Shown: positions 39,184 to 51,597 of the stretch, piece by piece
Layout: the number at the start of each line of letters is the position of its first letter
How positions within the stretch are numbered: position 1 is the stretch's first letter
DNA from: Eledone cirrhosa
Lineage: Eukaryota
Reading direction: 5' to 3'
Assembly: GCA_964016885.1 (NCBI GenBank)
Contig: OZ024740.1
Location: 274,288,001-274,352,000, forward strand
DNA length: 64,000 nt
The notes under the pieces: generated by a model
Told to the model about the DNA's origin: nothing
The model's input: only the letters and a program-made list of their open reading frames with translations
Databases searched by the model: none
Translations under genes and position numbers: made by a program

Positions 39184-42100
39184 AATCATTTCATTTTTTT
39201 TGAAAAAAAAAAATGAAATGATGAGTGTAGGTTTCATACATAAATGTAGAGTGGCTAAAACATTGGTCAAAATGCCTTGTGGTATTTGTTGTAAATCTCT
39301 TAGCACTGGGTTCAAATCCAGCAGTGGTCTACTTAGGTGATAGAACTTAATTTGTCGTTTGGTTTAACTACATGACTTAGCTCTTTGATGACTTTACCAG
39401 AGCCCCCTCAGCTGCAAGCATTCTGGCCAGGTCTTATTAATCTGGCTTCCTCCATTCTTTCCCCATCACAATCTTGTAGGCTCTGAAAATGGTCATGGGT
39501 ACTGTCCTTTCATCTTTGACTAATCATTTTTTTTACACAAATATATATGTATGTAAATTCATATAGTCCTACATAAAAATATCACCACTACATGTGATCA
39601 TATCTATACATATAGACATGCATAGATGCACAAATGCATGTATGCACACATACATAGCATCAATAAAATCATCCAACCATAGAAAAAAGCTACCTCAAAA
39701 ATCTCATCCAACCCATGCCAGCAAAAAAAACAAACATAAAAACGATAATGATGATGATCATGATATATCTACAAAAAGAAAGAGAGAATGAACGAAAGAG
39801 AGAGAGAGGGAGAGAAGGGGAGAATGAAAATGAGAGAGAAGGGGAAAAATAGAAAGAGATAGTAGTAGAAAAAGAGAGTGAGAGAGTGAATGACAGAGAA
39901 AGACACATGATCATAAAAAAAACAGCAATCACACTCACTCATCTATTCAATCACACACACGTTTAAGCTCAAACACACACAAGTTATGGATAAATACAAG
40001 CATATACACATCTATTTACATAACAGTAAGAGAGATTGATATCGACAGAGTGAGAATAAAAAAGAGAGAGTATGAGAGAGGGGGAGAGGACATTTACACA
40101 CATTGTAACGCGTCAGAATTAAGAAGTATTTTCCAGCTGCCAAATAGACCATCGGCAATATTCTGTGTTGGGACCGACCCAACATATCTTACTATTTTTT
40201 TCCTTTTTCTTTCTTTCTTATTTATTTTACACTTCTCAACTTTGGGGACTTAACACTTTGCAAAGCGAAAACAAAAAAAACAACCCAAAAAACAAACAAA
40301 TAAAAACAAAAACAGTAAAGCAAAATAAAAGATAAAAAAACATACAAACATACACAAACTCACAAAACAAAAATATAAGCTGGCTTTTATTCTTCACTTT
40401 TGGCATAGCATTTTTGTTGTGTACTTTTTTGGTGTAATTTTATATATTTCGTAATTATTTTTTATTGTTTTTTTTATATATTTAGTTGTTTTATTATGTT
40501 GTTGAAGATTTTTATTTTGTATTCTATCTTTTTTATATTTATTTTTTACTTGCCATGCTTTTATTTTGTTGTTCTTTTTGTATATTTATTTTAATGTTAT
40601 GCTCAGGGTTTTGTTCTTGTATGTTTCTTGTAAATTTTTACTTGCAATGTTTCAAATGTTACTGTTTTTTCCTTTTGTTTTCTGCTATAAATTTGTGCAT
40701 TTTTTTGTACTCTTTTCTTGAATATTTTTTTATTTTTTAAATTATGTTTGTTATATATATATATCTTGTATTTTTGTCTTGATTGATGCAGATTATTTTG
40801 TACATTTTTGTCAAGAATTTGATGTTGGCACTATTTTGTTTTTGCTTTTCCTTTATACTTATTTGCTATAAGTTGTGCGGTAATTGTTTATAAAATATTT
40901 AACATTATATTCTTTGTTTGCTCTGCTGTTTTTTCTAAATAATTTTATTATAATTAGTTTGTAGTGATTTTGATGAAAATTACTATTTTTTAAAGTATCC
41001 CTGCCTTTTTTTTTTTTATAGTGTTCTTTTAATCTTTTAATTGCTTAGTCAGATGAGGTAGAGCACCATCGATGAATTATTTTGAAGGTATCCAAAATTG
41101 GTAAGGAAGTTAGAAGCTATCCTCAAACCAGAGATTGTCCTAAATACTCACAACTGTGTTTACTCCACCAAAGGCATATAGTCAGTATTGGTAAACCATG
41201 TGGTGGATCAAATTTACTTTATATATTTTGTATATTTTGTTAAAATAGTATTTACAATATATATTTTGTAATATTGTTTGGTCACTTGTAATTTTTATTG
41301 AGACCTTGTTGAGTTTTGTTGCATTTTTTTGCATAATTTGTTTGCATATTGTATTGTGAATTTTCTTGGCATACTCCTTTATTTCTTATGTAATGTATTT
41401 TTTATTTTACTTTTTGTCCTTGTACTTCTATTTTGTGAAACTTACAGATGGCTGAGTTGGTAGTGTGCCAGCTTACTGGTTGAAGAATTGGGAGTCTGTG
41501 TTTCCTCGCTGACATTTTGTTCCATTTCTGGCAAAGTGGCATAGTTTGCAATTTATAAGTCTGATAGAATTAGTTATGTAAGAAGCCATACAGTAAATAA
41601 ATTAAATAATTATAAATAAGAGAGCATATTTGTAAGTATTTCTTTTATGTCTCAAATTACTATTTAAAATGCTTTAATATAATTTAAATTTGAAAATTTA
41701 GCAGTTAATGTGTAACTTATCATTATTCATTTTATGTCAGATTCTTCAGGATGACATTAGTTAGACAGGAATTTTTGAGACCATGTTTTATGGCTTAATG
41801 TCCTTCATAATACTAAATGTTTCAGCTGCTTCCTATGACATGTAGGATTATTGTGTAACTCTTCTAAAAGCTGAGATAAACTCATTTATATATTCTTAAT
41901 ATAGTATAATTATGATTTAACTTGAATATAGGGATAGAAACTTTCCTCTGGGTAACTGCACAATTTCAATTCCAGAATCTTCTGGGTATTTGTCTGATTT
42001 TTAGACCAAATTGTATATTACATCAAAACTATTATCTAATAGAACTAATTGCCATACATTACTTCTTGTCAAGTATGCACAAGTGACTGTGAAATAACAA

Positions 42101-42339
42101 TCATCTGTAACAGTGTGCAACTGAATGCAACAATATATAAATTAATTAGTTTGGAACTAATAAAATAAATGCAAAAAATATTTTTTAAATTGAAACGTCC
42201 AGTTTACATATTCAGGTTCTGTAACAAATGGAAAGTTTAACCTTTAAAATGCTCTCCAACATGGCTAAATATCATTTTAATTATTATAGACAGTCATATA
42301 TTAATTTACTTCTTTGGATTTTTATTGACTCACTGAGGC

Positions 42340-42930
42340 CAGTTGTGGTGAATGAGTGAAAACTGGATGGAAATATTTTGAGGAGCTACTATTTCTGTTG
42401 GCTACAATGGGTTTCTCTCTCAGGATAAAAAGCAGAATGTATGTTACCTGTGTGAGAAGTATAGTGCTGCATGGATGTGAGACTGGTACTTGAATGCAGA
42501 GGATCTGCAAAAACCTGAAAGAAATGAGATGATCATGTTCCAATGGATGTGTAATGTGTGAGTACAAGAAAAACAAAACACCAATGACCTATGAATATGA
42601 ATATGAGAGAGATTAGATACAATATACAAGCAAGAAAACTGCATTGGTAAGAATATGTGATGTGTATGAAGAATGGTAGTTGTATCAAAAAAAAGTGCAG
42701 GGTACTTGAAATTGATGGAAATTATGGAAGAGTTAGACCAAGAAAATGTGAATGATATAGTAAAGGTTGATCTCATGAAGTGGAACCTTACAAAGAGGAT
42801 GATACAGGATTGAGTTGACTGGCAACATGCTGTACTACAGAAGACATTCTTGCTTACATGAACATGTGGATAGAACACAGGAGGAGGGGAGCTGTGCTTG
42901 ACAAACACATCCAATCCATGTCAATGAAGG
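42340..42930 (+). mobile_element. Old degenerate RTE 3' fragment
   Basis: TGWKYFEELL, GFSLRIK, VLHGCETG, ERNEMIM remnants. Confidence 0.7.
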
Positions 42931-45900
42931 TAACAATGATATAAGTTTAACCTAGAAAAAATGTCTTGAATTTGACCTGCATTGTTAGAAATGTCCAAGA
43001 AGAATGTTTTACTGAAAATGTAATGCATCACCTACAACAAGGTACAAACTTAAAATCTGATGTCAGCAAGATTATTCTTTGCTGATACCAACTCTGTAAA
43101 CACAGCCCTATCCTCTCTATCAAAACCACATTGTCTGTTATTAATATAGCCTCCTGTTTAAAAGCTAACTATTGCCACTGCCTTTCTATTACTACAGCAA
43201 CACTCAACCCTACTATGGCTGCTATTATAATTTTACTATTATCACCACCATCACAATACTTACACTGCTACCACCACCAATAATATCAAGGAAATATGCA
43301 TCACTATTGTCCAAACGTTATACCACTGTATAACGAACAGTTTTGCCACAGATACAACCATGCTTGAAACCATGACAAATTAGGACAGCTACAGCCATTA
43401 ATTTGCATGAGAGCACTATCAGCACCACACCCCTATATATTATGCCTTACTGATTCTCATCATTTCACTAGTTTGATAATATTGCAGATGCCAACCATCA
43501 TTCAGAATTAATAAACAAGCTTTGTTTATGGTGTTTTGTTCATGCATTATTATGGCGAACATATTTTGTTTAGGAAATAAATATTCTCATGTCTCTGGTA
43601 TGTTTGCATAAAAATTTAATAAACTCATCCAAGTGCTAATGGACCCAATATAATGCAATATAACAAGAAATATTATATGAGGTAGTTAATATATGAACAC
43701 ATGTGTGTCCGTCCATGTCTTTATGTATGCATATATATATGTGTCTGTCTGTTCTTAATAATGCATGCTAGTATTTTTTCATTCTTTGGTAGAATGATCT
43801 AGTATTCTCCTAAAGATTTACTCTCAACGTTCTTGACTTCATCATAGATCTTGAGGCCATCTACATGGAATTCAATACTAATTAATATGTTCCTAGGAAT
43901 TAAAACCTATTGAAGTTTGAAATTTGAAAGATTGAGCTAGAGTCAAAAGGGTAAAGGCGAGTCTATAAAAGATAAAATTATCAGAAGCCACAAAAACCCA
44001 TAAGTATCAGGACAATTCCTGTGATTATAATGTAGTTGTAGACAGGTCTTTATATGCTGCCTATTCATTGAAAAGGTAAATGCAAAAAGCACTATATAAT
44101 GTCTAACTGAAAATAAAAAAAATGAAGATTTTATGTTAGCAGTTAAAAAGTGCTGATTAAAGAGTAGTAAGATAGTTTATATGAAGTAGTAGATAACTTA
44201 TATTACTTTGATAAAATAAGTGGTTCACAAATTGAAAAAAATTGTAACATAGATGGTGAATAGTCATAAACAATAGTATTGGATGAAATCCTTTGCCATT
44301 GTAAAAATTCAAACCCCACTGTGGTCGATTTTATCATTCATTTTTATAGTAGATAGATAAAAAGTAAAAGGTACCAGTAAAGGTTACAGGTATGATGGAA
44401 TCATTTAAATATAGAATGCGGCATTTGATATGTCTCTTTGCAATCTAAGTTCAAATCCCTGGCTCTTAGATATCTTTAATAGAATCAATTCTCACAATCT
44501 ATCTCTGGTTTGATTATATCTTCCCCCATCCAATCAGTGTTGGGTGTTCCCAGAAAGGGTCATGCATAGTACCTTAGCTCCAGAATGAGGGGTAACAAAT
44601 TCATAGGAATTAGAGTTTGAATTTAATGAGATAAATTTAAAACACCTGTTCCATATATTGAAAGTATATTTCATTAGATTGAACAAATGCTTAGCAGTAT
44701 TTATTCTCACTTCCTATTTTCAGAGTTCAGAAGCTGCCATGGTTAACTTTGAATTTCGTCCTTCAGAGGTCAATAAAATAAAGTCCCATTCAATAACTGA
44801 GGGACGATATGGTCAACATTTCCCATCCCTAAAATGTCCTGCCTTGGGCCTATCTTTAAGATCATTATTTCATGGTACAGTACCAGTTAATAAAGTACCA
44901 GTAATGCACTGGGTAATTGCTGGCCTTGTGCTTAAAGTAGAAACAATTATTTCATGGTACAGTTAAAAAAGTTAGGGCAGTGTCATTCTAGTTCAACTTC
45001 AGTAGCAGAGTGGTCACAATGCTCTTCAGCCTATTGTAGTTTTTATAATCAGTTGGAGTCACATGTTTGGTAGATTTGCTTTGACCAGAGTGGGAATTGA
45101 GCTTCAAGGCAGAATTTGAACTGAGAATATAAAAATATTATAAGGCATCTCATCGAATTTACTAACAATCTAACACTATATTTAATATATATTTACTACG
45201 ACTTATAGTTTTCTGCTCTAGAGGTGCATCCAGATGTTGAAGTACTCTGGCAACAGTGAGAAGACCACTAAAGGCATCCAAGGGGAATGAACGATGACTG
45301 AACTGAATACTAGGTCAAATCTACACATGTAATGAAAATGAGTGGAATAGTTACACAACTTTGGTTTGAAAAGTAATTGAGATGGACAAATTAGTAGACC
45401 ACCAAGACTTGAAATGAAATGAAATGGTTTCATTAGACTTTGAAATACTGGACCACATAAATGAGATGACAAGGGGAAATATTTATTACTCAGACATGTA
45501 CAACCAGCATGACCAGCATAAAGAAAATCAAACATTAAAAAAATAATTATGAAGAGAATGAAATATTTTCTTTTCATGTTTTACCACACTTGTACAAATG
45601 TTCATCCTTTAAAAATGATAAAGCTTTTAATGTTCCAGCTATGATATTCAGTTTGAGTTTGTGGGTTATGGATATATTCTCCTTTCCTGAGAACTGAGAT
45701 TTATCTATTCTTTGATCTAGGCTGGTTGCTATACAACCTGTTGCTCTGATAATAATCAATATAAAGCATATATTTTTGATTTTTTTCTGAAAAAAAATAT
45801 ACATGGGAGGGGGTCTTCAATATTTTTCAGATTTTTTTTTTACAACATTAATATAAAGTGGGTAATTAAGTTGAATCATGTCTTTATCTTTTTCGTCTCA

Positions 45901-46436
45901 GATAACAATGTCAGGTTGACTATGTTTGATTTTAATTGTATTATTTATTTTAAGATTCTATCAATACTATTATGTATATCTGTTTGAACACTCACTTTTG
46001 GTTTGTGTTTTTTATTCTTTCAAATTGTCTAATAAGTCTTCAACTATAAAGCAAGTTTCTCTCACTGGAATTTAGAAAACACCAAATAGCTACAGTTACA
46101 CTGTTAACTTAAGACAAGTTTTGCACATTTTTGCTGTCTTTGGCCTTGTGCCTAGACAGAAGAAATCAATATTGCTACTGATGTTGAATTATTACACACA
46201 ATGATTAGACTATTAAAAAGAAGGCAATAATATTACACACACTTACACATGCACATATATCATATATATGCATGTATATATATATTTGTGTGTAAGTGTA
46301 TGTATGTAAATATATATCATATATGCACACACACACACATATATATATATATGTATATATATATGTGTGTGTGTGTGAGTATATATATACTGATATATAT
46401 ATACACATATTACGGATTTTACCATTGATTTTATAC

Positions 46437-46470
<34 letters not shown>

Positions 46471-46868
46471 ATATAATAAGCCAGTCAGTTATAATAAATG
46501 ACTATTAGAAATGATAAAGTAGTAAGATTAATTGTAACAAATATTACATGTAATGATGTCCAATAAATCTTACGCTCCACGCTCACTGAATTTCTGTGTT
46601 ATTAAATTCCACTAAAACATGGCCTCTCATCTTTATTGTTATGCAACTAAGTATTAATAATACCAAGTTATGAATTGGTATGACACATGAGTAACTAAGC
46701 TAATGGACAAAACATTGTTATCGTGAAACATTTATTGGTGTTGTTTGTGGTCTTCATTTTCCTTTTCAATAGTACTCATATTTTCGTCAGTCTCTGCAAC
46801 ACTGATTATATTTTAGAGTTTCAAGGTCAGTAGAACTGCAGGGAACATAATATATACACACATATATG

Positions 46869-46907
<39 letters not shown>

Positions 46908-47055
46908 GTGTGTGTGTGTATGTGTGCGTGCGTGTGCATATATATATATATATATAAAATGAAGGAGTTGTGGTAAGGAACCAGATGGACCATAACGCAC
47001 CAGAGTACTCAATACTTAGGGTAGTAGAGTGGGTAGTAGGAAAATTTATCACCCC

Positions 47056-47082
47056 ATATATATATATATATATATATGTATG

Positions 47083-47121
<39 letters not shown>

Positions 47122-47158
47122 GTATTCATATATATATATATATACATATATATATGTG

Positions 47159-47239
<81 letters not shown>

Positions 47240-47313
47240 ATGTAAATATATATATATATGCAAAAGTTTTATTTAAATTGTTGGGATACAACAAGCAAAT
47301 ATTTTTATAACTG

Positions 47314-47346
<33 letters not shown>

Positions 47347-47369
47347 TACATATATATATATATACACAT

Positions 47370-47424
<55 letters not shown>

Positions 47425-47470
47425 CATACATATATATATATATACATATACATACATATATATATATATA
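47056..47470. repeat. Interrupted (TA)n microsatellite
   Basis: Direct reading. Confidence 0.9.
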
Positions 47471-47480
47471 TAGAGAGAGA

Positions 47481-48655
47481 GAGAATTTAGTATATCTACT
47501 AACATATGCGTACAGATGTACGCTAATGCTAGCAAATACATAAGTTATGTCATAGTACCTAGGTGGTTCAATGCAGGAGGATGCAGAACAATAATATGAA
47601 GGACGTAAAACAAGAAAATTTTTAAAAAGATTTAAAAAATTAACTTACTTACTAAAATTTTCACTCCAACTAATTAGTTTCTGCAATGGGATAAAGACAG
47701 TTACGTAATATAACCGTCGAGAATTCATTGCGTCATCAGGGAGTCTATTCTCAGCTAAGTCTCCAGGCAATGCGCGGACACTGGGGACTCATATAAAAAT
47801 AATAATGATTCGGTAGATGGAAAAGCTAGCGGGGACTGGATTCCATGCACTGAAAAGCTCGCTGTCTCTGTTCAAATGGCAGATTCTAAAGAATCAATCA
47901 CGTGACACTGAGGCTAGTTGGAAGGAGTGGGATGGTAGGATGACAGAAGCCTACTACCACACCAATGAATTAGTATGACGCAATGAATTCTCGACGGTTA
48001 TATTACGTAACTGTCTTTATCCCATTGCAGAAACTAATTAGTTGGAGTGAAAATTTTAGTAAGTAAGTTAATTTTTTAAATCTTTTTAAAAATTTTCTTA
48101 TTTTACGTCCTTCATATTATTGCTCTGCATCCTCCTGCATTGAACCACCTAGGTACTATGACATAACTTATGTATTTGCTAGCATTAGCGTACATCTGTA
48201 CGCATATGTTAGTAGATATACTAAATTCTCTATATTTATCTCCAAATTATTTATTTGTTGAGCAAACCTGCCAAAACCACTACTAATTCATTGGTGTGGT
48301 AGTAGGCTTCTGTCATCCTACCATCCCACTCCTTCCAACTAGCCTCAGTGTCACGTGATTGATTCTTTAGAATCTGCCATTTGAACAGAGACAGCGAGCT
48401 TTTCAGTGCATGGAATCCAGTCCCCGCTAGCTGTTCCATCTACCGAATTATTATTATTTTTATATGAGTCCCCAGTGTCCGCGCATTGCCTGGAGACTTA
48501 GCTGAGAATAGACTCCCTGATGACGCAATGAATTCTCGACGGTTATATTACGTAACTGTCTTTATCCCATTGCAGAAACTAATTAGTTGGAGTGAAAATT
48601 TTAGTAAGTAAGTTAATTTTTTAAATCTTTTTAAAAATTTTCTTATTTTACGTCC

Positions 48656-48662
<7 letters not shown>
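47481..48662. mobile_element. Three-segment inverted/tandem pLTR array with hammerhead ribozymes
   Basis: 47481-47974 is followed by reverse-complement partial copies at 47975-48231 and 48281-48662; flanked by (TA)n. Confidence 0.85.
48512..48593 (+). ncRNA. Type I hammerhead ribozyme with extended stem II (mirror copy 47663-47744, -)
   Basis: ACTCC-CTGATGA-C-GCAATG..GACGGTTA/TAACTGTC..CATTGC-A-GAAA-CTAATTAG-TT-GGAGT. Confidence 0.78.
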
Positions 48663-48723
<61 letters not shown>

Positions 48724-48758
48724 CATACATATATATATATGCATACATATATATATAA

Positions 48759-48795
<37 letters not shown>

Positions 48796-49067
48796 ACATA
48801 CATATATATATTGAAAAGATAACAAGGACGATTGGTTACTCCTTGATTACATTTATTGGATGGTCACCAACCAATAAATGTAATGGAGGAGTAACCAATC
48901 GTCCTTGTTATCTTTTCACTATAATACACTCTGTATAGCTCTACATCTCGACACAGAAGTGAACCTAAACATCGAGTGCTTACCCGAGTGAACCTACTGT
49001 AACTCCAAGTTACACTCCCTGGATACATATATATATATATATGTATATACATATATAGATATATATG

Positions 49068-49156
<89 letters not shown>

Positions 49157-49178
49157 ACACACAAAACAAATAGTATTT

Positions 49179-49705
49179 CATCATCATCATCAACGTTTAA
49201 CGTCCGTGTTCCACGCTTGCATGGGTTTGGACGGGGGTAGTCCCACTTGAGGCAAGAGTGATTGTCTTGCTCGCATAGGACTGTCTGGCGGGTTTTCTAC
49301 AGTTGGATGCCCTTCCTAACACCAACCACATTTACAGTGTGGGTCTGGGAGGTTTTTACCGTGTTGCCTACACGGCCACATTACAGCGTGGACTGTGTGT
49401 TTTTTTGTCGTGACACCTACACGATCTCATTTGTTTCGGCCTGGATGGCGCGGCACCAACACAACTTTACATAGAACGGGGTGGTGTGGATGGGGTGGGG
49501 GTGGTTGGGTTTTTTGTTAGAGATGCCTACTGGTTGTAATAGGTTTTACTATGTATTTAGGTAAGGCGGGTCTTCTCTGTTACTGAGTACCGCCAAAGGT
49601 CTCGGTCCAGTGACATTGTCTTGGAGAGGTATAAGTGTGTGAGGTCAGAGTTTATCAGCTCGTCCCAGGTTTTTCTAGGTCTGCCTATTCCGTGGCTACC
49701 ATCTA
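49179..49705 (-). mobile_element. 3' RTE LINE fragment (subfamily of 773-3483)
   Basis: Near-identical to 800-1318. Confidence 0.92.
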
Positions 49706-50249
49706 TATATATCCAAAATAGCTAACTGAACACACATGTCCATTCTCTCCAAAAAGCATATATTTTTCATCTTCTCTTCTACACTTGTCAAGCTTTCTAT
49801 TTCTTCTTCTATCTTCCGATGAAGGACTAATGCCTGAAACATTATGATCTTTTTCCTATTATATCAAGTGTTAACCTAATAGATATATTGATTGTACTGT
49901 ATTGTTTACAGTGTTGTTTATTCATTTACTTTTTGCATGTTCACACACACTGCTAAGACTGACAGAGGAGAGGATGGAAGAACACATGAAGGGGAGAGAT
50001 GCCTTTCACTTATTTAGTTGGGGTGGAGCCCGTCAAACAGGACCAACAAAACAATGTTTCCATTGGTCTTTTCGTTGCTGATAATATCTACCAGTCATAA
50101 CTCTAGGTAGACGGAGCAACGTGAAATAAAGTCTCTTGCTTGAGGAGATAACACACCACTCATTCCAGGCATCAAACTGAAAACTTCATGATTGTGAGTC
50201 CAATTTTCTAACCACTAAGCCTTGTGCTTTCACAAATGTGTAATGCCGC

Positions 50250-51135
50250 AATATCAACTACCTGATTCTCCAGTCCCGTGAACAGTATACTAAGATTAAT
50301 GGAGTTTTGACAATGTGATCACCACTGTCCTGTAGAATACCTGCTATGATGTTGTCTTCTCCGGGAGCTTTTCCTTGCTTCAGTTGCTTTATAGCTGCTC
50401 TTACCTCTAAGGTCAAGATGGATGGGGGTTCGACTATTAGTTTTTCATGTGGTATTGCTGGTGGTTTTTGGTATGTCCACTCTGTCTGGTGCTGAAAACT
50501 TTCATGTAGAACTATTCACACCTCTTGATCATCCTGTCTAAGTGTTAGATGAGTGTGCTATCTTCTTTAAAGTGCCCTCTGCAGACACTGCTTTCTGTAG
50601 AAAGACTTGAGTACTTTGTTAACTTTAGGGACCTGCAGTTCTTGTTCCTGCTTATAGGTCTCTATCTCTTTTGCCAATCTTATGACATTTCAGAGCTCTG
50701 TGTACTCAATATTATGTATGCCTATATCTCTCCACTTCAGGTGACACCGATTTTCTCGCAGCTGTTTTGTCTTGTCAGAGATTTTATCAGGTTTAGGTGT
50801 TTATTTTTTTTTTCAGCTGTTTCTAAAGCAGCCTCATAGATGATGGTGGGGATATTCTCACTCTCTCTGTTGAGAGTGTTAGAGCTACAAATTTGTTGGT
50901 AAACAGCGGCTGAAATTCTGCTTTCTTGGCCAATACCAACTCAGTGTTCAGCCTCTGGGTTGTCTGATAAATTTCACCCTCTCTATCTTTGATGGTCAGT
51001 GAGGCTCTTATTAGGTTTTGGTCACTGTCTGCTCTGAAGCTGTTGATGATGGAGATGTCTGTGAAAATGTATGGTTTCTTTGTAAATATGATGTCAATTT
51101 CGTTCTTCACAGTTTCATTGGATCTTTTCTTGAAC
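50250..51135 (-). pseudogene. Degenerate RTE/BovB-like LINE fragment (APE end to RT start)
   Basis: KNEIDIIFT, SDQNLIRA, and AAIKQLKQGKAPGEDNII remnants. Confidence 0.7.
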
Positions 51136-51160
51136 AATGTATTCAGGATTTTCAGCTGGT

Positions 51161-51597
51161 ATCATCATCACAGTTTTACGTCCGTTCTTCCGCGCTAGCA
51201 TGGGTTAGACCGGTTGTCCTGTTGTGGGCAGTGTCCGGTTGGCTGACCTTGTCTTGCTCATATGGGAACTGATTGTGGCTTGATTTCTACAGCTGGATGC
51301 CCTTCCTAACACCAACCTCATTTACAGTCAGTGCTGGGTGCTTTTTTTCCATGGTGCCTACACGTCCACTTTACAGTGTGGGCTGGGTGCTTTTTTGTTG
51401 TGGCACCTCCACGACCACTTTGCAGTAGAATGATAGGGACCCCAATCCTATCATCTTATTTCTACAGCTGAGTAAACTTGAGCAATGTGAAATAAAGTGT
51501 CTTGCTCAAGGAAACAACACATCACCCGGTCTGAGAATTGAACTCACAACCTTTCGATTGCAAGCCCAATGCTCTAACCACTAAGCCATGCACCTTC
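51161..51597 (-). mobile_element. CORE-like tRNA SINE carrying the long RTE subfamily-2 tail, with 8-bp TSD
   Basis: Head as 371-712; tail matches 61460-61663; CTGGTATC at 51156-51163 and 51599-51606. Confidence 0.88.
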
